This document shows positions 24,687 to 34,652 of a stretch of DNA of 64,000 nt, in pieces. Numbering within the stretch: the stretch's first letter is position 1; the number at the start of each line of letters is the position of its first letter. The position numbers and the translations under genes were made by a program. The DNA lies in assembly GCA_964016885.1 (NCBI GenBank), contig OZ024743.1, forward strand, positions 183,396,001 to 183,460,000. The letters run 5' to 3'. The stretch is from Eledone cirrhosa (Eukaryota). The notes beneath the pieces are model-generated. The model made no database searches, had not been told where the DNA came from, and saw only the letters and a program-made list of their open reading frames with translations.

Positions 24687-24796
24687 ATTATATATCTATA
24701 TACACATACATACATGTACAAAAACACATACATATAAATATACACACACACTATATATATATATACACACACACAATATATATATATATACACACA

Positions 24797-24827
<31 letters not shown>

Positions 24828-24884
24828 AACACATACATACCTGTACAAAAACACATACAAACATACACACAATTTATATATATA

Positions 24885-25545
24885 CTAGCCGAATTACCCA
24901 CGCCCTTTTCACAAATCTTTTTTGTAAGAAAATGTTTGATTTTAAATCAGTGATATAATTTATGGAGAAAAACTCTGCATTTCAATATTACTCAATGTAA
25001 AATGTAATGCATGAAAAATTGGAAAACATTATTTTTTGTAATATATCAAGTCAAAATTACATTATTAAATCTTATTCTTATTTTGTTTCTATATAAATAA
25101 TTTCTATGTAAATAATTTTTTCAAAATATCAATTCAAAACTTTTGTGAATAGGCATCATATCTTGTTATTTACCTATGGTTTAAATTTCATATAAATCGA
25201 AGGGAAAAGATTTTCAGAGGGGGTTTGTGTCTCCGGGGAACCCTAATAGGGGGTTTAACCCCAATTTAGGGTGTCTTAATATTATTGAAATTTGCTGAAA
25301 TTTTGTGAATAGGCATCTTGTCATCTAACTATGGTTTAAATTTCATATAAATCGAAGGGAAAAAATGTTTGTGCCCTCGGGGAACCCTTTGATTTAAATG
25401 AAATATACTTATCCAAGTACCCTGGGCAATGTTGTTTCAGAATATATATGGATATGGGGGTCTATCTCCAAAACCATAAGAGTAGTTCGTGAACAAACAA
25501 ACAAACAGACAGGAATACAACTATATATATATATGTATATATAGA
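24885..25545 (-). mobile_element. Non-autonomous Helitron-like element
   Basis: On the minus strand it starts A|TCTATATA..., has a (TGTT/TGTC)n tract near the 5' end and ends CGGCTAG|T (A-T target, no TSD); internal duplication of about 100 bp (25140-25250 vs 25300-25390). Confidence 0.65.
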
Positions 25546-25997
25546 TATATACATACATGTGGTCATGTATATATATATATATATATGGTGGCTGCCAACT
25601 CGTTTTCGAGTACGGCCACTACTTTATATCCATGTAGGAGAACCAATACTGATGCGCTGAACAAGTGTGACTTTTTAGTCCAGCCAGTGACTTGAAAACT
25701 CTGGTACAAACACTACACCTGTGACAATTATTGACACATAGTGCTGGGCCCATGGTACCATGTGACGACAAATGCAGAGAGATCTCCAGATATAAAGCAA
25801 TGCCTGTGCCGTGAAGCTTTTATAGTGAGCAAAGGCACTGCACAAAGCCAGTCCCACTTTCTTAACCAAGATGATATTTACCAAAAAGAAGAACAAGTCA
25901 ACATCATTGGATACCATCAGGGTTGCAGGTGTTATATCAGAGTTTTCCTTCTCTTAGAATTCTGCCTTGACAAAGGCTAAGGGGTCATCTCTCCCGG

Positions 25998-26131
25998 ATA
26001 TATATATACACACATACATACATATATATATATATATACACACATACATACATATATATATATATATATACACACATACATACATATATATATATATACA
26101 CACATACTTACATACATATATATATATACAC

Positions 26132-26173
<42 letters not shown>

Positions 26174-26438
26174 ATACATATATATATATATATACACACA
26201 TACATACATATATATATATATACACACATACATACATATATATATATATACACACATACTTACATACATATATATATATACACACATACATACATACATA
26301 TATATATATACACACATACATACATACATATATATATACACACATACATACATACATATATATATATATACACACATACATACATATATATATACACACA
26401 TACATACATACATATATATATACACACATACATACATA
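25998..26438. repeat. Compound (CA)(TACA)(TA)n minisatellite; resumes at 30133-30410 after the RTE insertion
   Basis: Same CACACATACATACATATATATATA unit on both sides of the intact RTE. Confidence 0.9.
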
Positions 26439-29400
26439 TTTACCATGCGACCCTCAGTTCCTACCTCACAATTTCCCTCCCCCCCACCCCCACACACCAC
26501 CATAGTCTATTCGACCAATCAAACCTAGCATGCCACTTCCACTGCTGCTGCTGCTACTACCTGCCTAACTAACTCTCTCCTCCTCTGGCGCATCCCAACA
26601 CACCCTGCCATTACCCCACCACCACTGTCCTTCTAGCCCTCAATTTTCCCACCGTTATGGATGGATGAGCTGGGAATACACGAGCAACTCTGAATCAATA
26701 GATGAAATATGAATCTGCGAGCTACCAAGCACCCACGTGAAGCGCCAACCCAGAGACCCTCCCCTACGAGTGTCGACAAATGCCCAAAACTCCGAGTTGG
26801 TACCATCAATGTAGGCTCAATGAAAGGAAGAGCAGGAGAAATCGTAGAAATGCTAGAGCGAAAGGAAGTTGATGTATGCTGTGTGCAAGAGACTAGATGG
26901 AGAGGAGGGTCTGCTAGAGTCCTTGTAGGAAAAAGCCAGTGCTACAAATTTTTCTGGGTGGGAAATGACGATGGGATGGGTGGTGTAGGTATACTATTAG
27001 CTGACAAGTGGGTAGATAAAGTAATCTCAGTGTACAGGGTAAATGCAAGAATCATTAAACTCAGACTAGTCCTGAATAAGACAATTACCACAATAATATC
27101 AGCTTACGCACCCCAATCGGGGCTGCCAGACGAACTTAAGGATAGGTTTTACGAGTCCCTAATACACACTACTGCTCTAACAGACGACAAGGACTTCCTA
27201 ATCATTGCAGGAGATTTTAACGGACACGTAGGTAAACACTGCGACGGCTTCAATAGAGTACATGGAGGCCATGGAGTTGGCACAAGGAATGAGGAAGGAT
27301 TCAGACTTCTAGAATTCTGCGACGCCAATGACATGTCGATATGTAACACAAACTTTAAAAAACCCGACAACCACCTGATCACCTATAGATCAGGGGAGCA
27401 CTCTAGCCAGTTAGATTTTATCCTCATCAGAGGACGTGACAGATGGACGGTCGTAAACACAAAAGCCTTCCCTAGTGAGGAATGTACATCCCAACATAGC
27501 TTAGTTGTCAGCGACCTCACGGTCAGAACTAGACGAGCCCTGAAACAGAGGCCAACCTGGAGAAGAAAGATCTGGAAGCTGAAAGTCCCCTCAACCAGTA
27601 ACAGATTTAAAGATATTTTACTCAACGCCTACGACAGTAAAGAAGAACAGATAGAGACATTTAACGTAGAAGAGAACTGGGAGTTCCTAAAAAATAACTT
27701 ACTAGAGGCGACGGATGAGGTTTGTGGCTGGAGTAAGACCTCAAGCAGGAGGAGAGTGACTTGGTGGTGGAACAATAAGGTAGATGAAGCAGTCAAGGCC
27801 AAGAGACAGGCATGGAAAGAATGGAAGAACGGGGGGAGCAGGGTACATTACATAGAGACCAAGAGGGAAGCTAGGCGACAAGTATACTTAGCTAGGAGGG
27901 AAGCAGAGGATAGAAAATTCAAGCATGTTTTACAACGTGAGGACCAGAAACAGGAGGTATTCAAGATTGCGAGGCAGTGTGTCAGAGATAGTTGTGATGT
28001 CATTGGAGAGAAGTGTATCCGGAATGATAAAGGTGAGCTTGCCCTCACAAGTGCTGAGAAGAAAGATGCATGGAAGAGTCATTATGATAGATTACTAAAT
28101 GAGGAGAATGCATGGGAAGAAGAGACCCTACCCCACGTAGACCCTATAGAGGGACCAGCAGTACAAGTCAGCGGCAGCGTAGTAAGTAAGGCAATCAGAG
28201 ATATGAAGATAGGGAAGGCAACCGGTCCATCGGGTATAGCTGCCGAGATGCTGAAGGCATCTGGGTCTGTAGGTCACACTATAACCACACGTATCGTTAA
28301 CCAGGTAATACTAGAGGGGGCCATACCAAAAGATTGGTGCAGTAGCATCATTGTCAACTGCTACAAAGGTAAAGGCGATGCACTAGATAGAGGAAACTAT
28401 AGAGGTATAAAGTTGATGGACCAGGTCATGAAAGTAACAGAAAGAGTTATAGCACAGCTGATTAGGGACCGGGTGAATATAGACGAGATGCAATTTGGGT
28501 TTGTACCAGGGAAAGGCACCACTGATGCGCTCTTCCTTGTGAGGCAATTACAGGAAAAGTACCTAGCTAAAAGTAAGCCACTCTACTTGGCATTTGTCGA
28601 CCTTGAGAAAGCCTTTGACAGAGTTCCACGTGCAGTAATCTGGTGGGCTCTTAGAAAACTAGGAGTAGATGAATGGCTTGTGAAAGCGGTACAAGCCATG
28701 TATAGGGGAGCAGTCAGCAAAGTTAGGATTGGCAATGAGTATAGCGAGGAATTTAGCGTACAGGTTGGGGTCCACCAGGGCTCTGTTCTTAGCCCTCTCC
28801 TGTTCATCATAGTCCTGCAGGCAATAATGGAGGAGTTTAAGACCGGATGCCCATGGGAACTCCTGTATGCTGATGACCTCGCACTCATAGCTGAATCTAT
28901 GGTAGAACTAGAGAATAAATTCCAAACCTGGAAGCAGGGACTAGAGAGAAAGGGCCTCAAAGTCAACATGACAAAGACTAAGGTCCTTATAAGTAGACGA
29001 GAAAACAGAACCCAGATCCCCTCAGGGAAATGGCCTTGCTCAGTATGTAGGAAAGGTGTAGGTAGGAACTCCATTCTTTGCCCCAAATGCAAACAATGGG
29101 TACACAAGAGATGTAGCGGGATCTCAGGAAGCTTAATTAAGAATGTAGGATTCACATGCAGCAGCTGTGCTGAAACAGCAAGCAAACAGCCACAGGAAAC
29201 AAGTACCACCAATCTCTGGGAGGGCCCTGTAGAAACAGTAGACAGCTTCTGCTACCTAGGTGACCGAATTAGCAACGGAGGTGGGTGCTCAGAAAGTACA
29301 ATAACTAGGGTAAGAACGGGATGGAAGAAGTTTAGGGAACTACTACCACTGCTAGCTGCAAAAGGCTTCTCCCTCAGAATGAAAGGCAGACTGTATGATG

Positions 29401-30133
29401 CGTGTATCCGAACAGCGATGTTGCATGGTAGTGAGACCTGGGCGCTGAAGGTGGAAGACTTACGTAGATTAGAGAGAAACGAAGCCTGCATGCTCCGATG
29501 GATGTGTAACAGTAATATACGTGAACGACAAAGCATAAATGAATTGAGAGAGAGACTGAGCATAAGAGGAATCAAATGCTGCGTGCAGGAGAGGCGGTTA
29601 CGCTGGTATGGACATGTGATGCCTATGAAGGATGACAGCTGCATAAAAAGGTGCAGAGCACTAGAAGTTGATGGAAACCGCGGAGTGGGGAGACCCAAGA
29701 TGACTTGGGATGAGGTGATAAAAGCCGACCTTACCCAACTACACCTCTCAAAGTCAATGACACACGACCGTGACTTCTGGCGTCACGCAGTAATACAGGG
29801 TACCCGACCTCCCATGGGTACATGCTGAAGCATATAAACAATATGCCCCCCCCCCCCCCCACCGCAAGGTGGTCGTGGAGGTGCCACGGCAAAAAAGCAC
29901 CCAGCCCACACTGTAAAGTGGACGTGTAGGCGCCACGAAAAAGCACCCAGCACTCACTGTAAATGAGGTTGGTGTTAGGAAGGGCATCCAGCTGTAGAAA
30001 TCAAGCCAGATCAGTTCCTGTATGAGCAAGGCATGGTCAGCCGACCAGACACTGCCCACAACAGGACAACCCGTCTAACCCATGCTAGCGTGGAAGAACG
30101 GACGTAAAACGGTGATGATGATGATGATGATGA
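26439..30133 (+). mobile_element. RTE-clade LINE family 2, apparently intact
   Basis: C-rich 5' leader of about 270 bp, single uninterrupted ORF, 3' UTR of about 300 bp, (TGA)n tail. Confidence 0.95.
26709..29828 (+). CDS. RTE LINE polyprotein: APE endonuclease + reverse transcriptase + PHD-type zinc finger (1039 aa)
   Basis: GTINVG, VQETRW, AGDFNGHVG, LDFIL, SQH (APE); YRGIKL, FVDLEKAFDRV, GVHQGSVLSPLLF, LYADD, FCYLG (RT); C4HC3 finger; RRLRWYGHV and GRPKMTW RTE C-terminal motifs. Confidence 0.97.
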   Translation: MNLRATKHPREAPTQRPSPTSVDKCPKLRVGTINVGSMKGRAGEIVEMLERKEVDVCCVQETRWRGGSARVLVGKSQCYKFFWVGNDDGMGGVGILLADKWVDKVISVYRVNARIIKLRLVLNKTITTIISAYAPQSGLPDELKDRFYESLIHTTALTDDKDFLIIAGDFNGHVGKHCDGFNRVHGGHGVGTRNEEGFRLLEFCDANDMSICNTNFKKPDNHLITYRSGEHSSQLDFILIRGRDRWTVVNTKAFPSEECTSQHSLVVSDLTVRTRRALKQRPTWRRKIWKLKVPSTSNRFKDILLNAYDSKEEQIETFNVEENWEFLKNNLLEATDEVCGWSKTSSRRRVTWWWNNKVDEAVKAKRQAWKEWKNGGSRVHYIETKREARRQVYLARREAEDRKFKHVLQREDQKQEVFKIARQCVRDSCDVIGEKCIRNDKGELALTSAEKKDAWKSHYDRLLNEENAWEEETLPHVDPIEGPAVQVSGSVVSKAIRDMKIGKATGPSGIAAEMLKASGSVGHTITTRIVNQVILEGAIPKDWCSSIIVNCYKGKGDALDRGNYRGIKLMDQVMKVTERVIAQLIRDRVNIDEMQFGFVPGKGTTDALFLVRQLQEKYLAKSKPLYLAFVDLEKAFDRVPRAVIWWALRKLGVDEWLVKAVQAMYRGAVSKVRIGNEYSEEFSVQVGVHQGSVLSPLLFIIVLQAIMEEFKTGCPWELLYADDLALIAESMVELENKFQTWKQGLERKGLKVNMTKTKVLISRRENRTQIPSGKWPCSVCRKGVGRNSILCPKCKQWVHKRCSGISGSLIKNVGFTCSSCAETASKQPQETSTTNLWEGPVETVDSFCYLGDRISNGGGCSESTITRVRTGWKKFRELLPLLAAKGFSLRMKGRLYDACIRTAMLHGSETWALKVEDLRRLERNEACMLRWMCNSNIRERQSINELRERLSIRGIKCCVQERRLRWYGHVMPMKDDSCIKRCRALEVDGNRGVGRPKMTWDEVIKADLTQLHLSKSMTHDRDFWRHAVIQGTRPPMGTC

Positions 30134-30378
30134 TACATACATATATATACACACACATACATACATACATATATATATATACACACACATACATACATAT
30201 AAATATATATACACACATACATACATATAAATATATATACACACATACATACATATAAATATATATACACACATACATACATATAAATATATATACACAC
30301 ACATATATATATATATACACACACATATATATATATACACACACATATATATATATATACACACATACATATATATAT

Positions 30379-30409
<31 letters not shown>

Positions 30410-30856
30410 GACATAAGCAGGTGCCAGTGTCACAATAAAATGCACCCAGTACACTCTGTAAATTAGTTACTATGCAGAAATGGTATGTATAAGCCAGGCC
30501 GGATTATTTGACCCATCAGATCTGTGACTATGACCCCCTCCGCAACTTATAGCCAGCATAAGAAACAGGCATGATGATATATAAATATGTACACATACAG
30601 ACAGACATATTGTTTTAATGGCTTCAGACATTGTAATGTGGCCATACTGGAGCTCTATCTACTCTATCTACAAGGGTTAGTAGTTATATCAACACTAATA
30701 CTTTGGTACATATTTCCTCTAAGATATGAAATGTAAAGTAAATCACATTGAAGTAAAGAAGGGGAAGTCAGTTGGACTAAAATACCACAAGGTATTTCTA
30801 TTGATATCAACCAGTTTTAACCTTCTGCTCACACACACACACACACACATATATAT

Positions 30857-32442
30857 GTAGGAAGGGCATCCAACCAGTGTATCAATGCCAACACGATTAT
30901 AAGCACAGCAACAAGTATATAGGAACAACAAAAATATGAAGACGTCGCATCTCAGAGTTGCAATACTTAATGTTGGCACTCTCTCAGGTAGATCTGCCGA
31001 AATAGCGGAAATACTGGAGAGGAGACATGTGGATGTGTGCTGCGTGCAAGAGGTGAGATGGAGAGATGCCTCTTCGAGACTAGTCGCAGGCAAACATCTT
31101 AACTATAAGCTTTTCTGGGTAGGTAAGGATGATGGGTTAGGGGGAGTAGGCATTTTCCTGGCTGAGAAATGGATCAATAAGACAATAGAGGTAGTTCGAG
31201 TTAGTAATCAAATAATTAAGCTTAGATTAGTTGTAGGCAGAAGACCAAGCAGGCCTAGGTAAAGAAGAGAAAGACTGCTTTTACGAGCAACTTTTACAAA
31301 CAGCCGCAATGACAGAGTTATGCTAGCAGGGGACTTCAATGGTCATGTTGGACAGCTCCAGGATGGTTACACTGGGGTACATGGTGGGCATGGTTACGGC
31401 TCAAGAAATGAAGAAAGAGTGAGTCTTCTTGAATTTTGTGATGCAAGTACACTGACTATTTGCAACACTAACTTCCAGGCACCTGCCAACCACCTAATAA
31501 CCTACAAATCAGGCGAGCACATAAGCCAGATTGACTTCTTACTAGTTGGGCAGCCGGACAGGCAGATGGTGTCAAATACCAAGGCATACCCTGGGGAAAA
31601 TGTATCCCACAGCATAGGTTAGTCGTTAGTGATATCTCAGTAAGCAAGAGATGGAATGAGACATACAGGAAGGTGTGGAGAAGCTAAAAGACCTTTCACT
31701 AAAATACAAATTTAGGAAAGCCCTTCAAGATGTGTATGACGAAAAAGAAGACGATTTAGAGACGTAGGACATAGATAATAACTGGAATTTCTTACGTGAC
31801 AACTTACTGCAGGCTACTGATGAAACTTGTGGCTGGAGCAGAGCTCCAACCAGACAGAGAGTGACCTGGTGGTGGAACAGCATAGTAGATAAGGCCATTA
31901 GAGACAAAAGACTGGCATGGAAGGCTTGGAAAAAGGGTGGGAGTAGAGAAGGATATACAGCCGCTAAGAAAGAAGCTAGGCATTAGGTGTACTTAGCACG
32001 CAGGGAGGCTGAGAGTAGGAGGTTTGCCAATGTTCTGCGACGGGAAGATCAGAGGTGTGTGGTGTTCCACATTGCAAGGCAGTGTGTCAATGCAAATCAG
32101 GATGTTGTTGGAGATAAATGTGTCCGGAATGATGCCGGTGTACTTAGTGTCACGAATGATCAGAAATAGAGAACTGGAAATGCCATTATGAGAGACTGAT
32201 GAATGTGGAGATTGAATGGGAGAGAGAGAAATTATCCTCAGTAGATCCGACAGAGGGAATCAGCTTTTGAGATTGACGAATATGGGGTCCAAGAGGCGAT
32301 TAAGGAAATGAAAAATGGTAAGGCTACTGGACCGTCGGGGATAGTTGCTGAGATGCTGAAGGCATCAGGGGACGTAGGCACTAAACTAGTTGCACGCATC
32401 ATCCATCAGGCTATATATGGTGGTGTCATACCCAAAGACTGG
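30857..32442 (+). mobile_element. RTE family 1 copy, degenerate, 3' half missing
   Basis: Closely matches 11740-13255 at the nucleotide level; stops after ...GGVIPKDW and is followed by minus-strand SINE head fragments (32450-32600). Confidence 0.93.
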
Positions 32443-32909
32443 GTTTTGTGCCAGAACGTTAAGGGACATAACTATATACTACAAATCATGTCCAAAGCTC
32501 TACCGATTCTGTCAATCCACTGCCCTCACACATAAATAATGACATCAATGAGGAATCGAACACAGAACGTAAAGGGACGCTCTACCGATTCTCCAACATA
32601 ATGACCTCAATGAGGAGTTTCTGTAGGATTGTAGTTTGTATTTTGATAATATTTCATTACAATTTCTAAATGTCTAAGAAGACATTAAACAATGAAATTT
32701 TGACTTAAACTTCTGATAAAATGTCATAATTTAGGAGAGAAAACTAACCCAAGTGACATTGATATGTTTTAGACAATGGAACTGATGGCTAAAGATGGAA
32801 GTAATATATATATTTCTATATAACCTGTGAAATATGTGACTCAAAATAAATAATGGATAGTAAAATGGGGGTCGGCTTATATTTGAGGCCAATATTTTTG
32901 CTTTGGATG

Positions 32910-33378
32910 TGAATACTACACCTGTTTCACTTTGGAAGTGAACATCACACCAGTTTCCGTTTGGAAGTGAACATCACACCAGTTTCCGTTTGGAAGTGAA
33001 TATCACACCAGTTTCCGTTTGGAAATGAATATCACACCAGTTTCACTTTGGAAGTGAATATCACACCAGTTTCCGTTTGGAAGTGAATGTCACACAAGTT
33101 TCACTTTGGTAGTGAATATCACACCAGTTTCCGTTTGGAAGTGAATATCACACCAGTTTCACTTTGGAAGTGAATATCACACCAGTTTCCGTTTGGAAGT
33201 GAATATCACACCAGTTTCCGTTTGGAAGTGAATATCACACCAGTTTCACTTTGGAAGTGAATATCACACCAGTTTCACTTTGGAAGTGAATATCACACCA
33301 GTTTCACTTTGGAAGTGAATATCACACTAGTTTCACTTTGGAAGTGAATATCACACTAGTTTCACTTTGGAGGTGAAA
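32910..33378 (+). repeat. 29-bp minisatellite, about 16 copies, two alternating variants
   Basis: TCACACCAGTTTC(CG/AC)TTTGGAAGTGAATA. Confidence 0.95.
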
Positions 33379-33771
33379 TTCATATTTCCTATTGTTTTTT
33401 TTATCTGTTTTGAATGAATATGGCCTTCAAAATGGTAGGAAATTGGTAAAATATCCTTACATAATGGAGTTGTGAAACAAAAACTATACTCTAAAAAACA
33501 CTTAAAATATCAAAATATTAAAACTTCATAAATATATTCTCCACTCATGAGAATTTAAAAACTACACCATCTAAACATAATGTGTTGATTACCTGCCTTG
33601 GCTTATAAACAAGGTTTGGAGTTTTGCCTATTTCTCAGACATAAAATAGGGGTGGGTGGGTTATATTTGAGTATGTAAGAAGTCTGTCAAAACATGCGTT
33701 ACTAAATATCAACCTACCTATACACTACTCTGAACTGTTTGTTACTCAGGTTGTCATTCCAATGTAAAGAA

Positions 33772-34193
33772 TTAACTCTTTCAATACCAAACCTCTCCAA
33801 ACCACCCCTATTTCTACAATGCAAAACTCAAAGTATTTACAGCTATTTAAAAACCTTCCATCATTATTTTAGGATTGGCAGTATCAGTAGAGGGCCGGAC
33901 GCCATGCTTTCCAGCATAGTTCGTCCCTTTACGATCTGAGTTCAAATCCCGCCGAGGTTGACTTTGCCTTTCATCCTTACGGGGTCGATAAAATAAAGTA
34001 CCAGTAATGCACTGGGTAATTGCTGGCCTTGTGCCTAAAGTAGAGACAATTATTTTATGTAAGAACTTTTGTTAAGTTATGCTTCAAACATCAGATGAAA
34101 AATGAGAAAGTTTGTTATATTCTAAATCCCTCCAAATACTTCAAAATCATAAGACAGTTTCTTTCATTAGGAATGTGGTAACAAAAGGGTTAA
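33772..34193 (+). mobile_element. TTAA-ended (piggyBac-like) MITE interrupted by a SINE
   Basis: TTAACTCTTTCAATACCA ... TGGTAACAAAAGGGTTAA imperfect TIRs bounded by TTAA; related ends at 20950, 22882, 49716, 50588, 58305. Confidence 0.7.
33872..34049 (+). mobile_element. SINE family A nested in the MITE
   Basis: Matches 3234-3420; TSD ATTATTTTA on both sides. Confidence 0.92.
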
Positions 34194-34652
34194 TGACATA
34201 GTGTTTTTCATTAGAAATATGGTAATGAAAGGGTTTAGAACATTTCCAGATAATTCATCTAGCACAGAAACAGTGTCCTATTAATGAGAATGAAATTAAT
34301 GTATTTCATTGCTTTTAAATAAGAGATTTAATAAGCACTCAAACATTCCACCAATAATGACTTTATTGTTCTCCATCAACATTAAAAAGATCATGATTAT
34401 TTCTAAAACTACTGTGGTTATATGAATTCTGAAATATTTTGTCAAATTCCTTCAGACGGTTAAAATTCAGTGCATGAAAGTATGATCCCTGTACAAAGAT
34501 TCTCTGTAAAAAGTAAAACGTTCAACAGTTCAGGCACACACAGAAACCTAAATTATAGAATGTTTGACAACAGAACCCAAACCTCAGTAAATCCCACAAA
34601 CTGAATTATAGTTTCTTGATTCAACAGAGGTAAATGTAGAAGTGACCAATGA

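Noticed and set aside
25954-26572. Tyr/Ile/His/Cys/Val-rich ORFs (also 18090-18593, 30011-30454, 53373-54174, 56239-56717 and others)
   Set aside because: Translations of (TA)n/(CA)n/(TACA)n microsatellites that lack stop codons by construction.
26439-26708. HDV-like ribozyme at the RTE 5' end
   Set aside because: Known for some RTEs, but I could not build the nested double pseudoknot by eye from this C-rich leader.
28583-29698. Antisense ORFs of 209 and 148 aa (and 14168-14698, 5509-6847)
   Set aside because: Shadow frames of LINE coding sequence with no independent motifs.
32910-33378. CRISPR-like 29-bp partly palindromic repeat
   Set aside because: No spacers; simple minisatellite.
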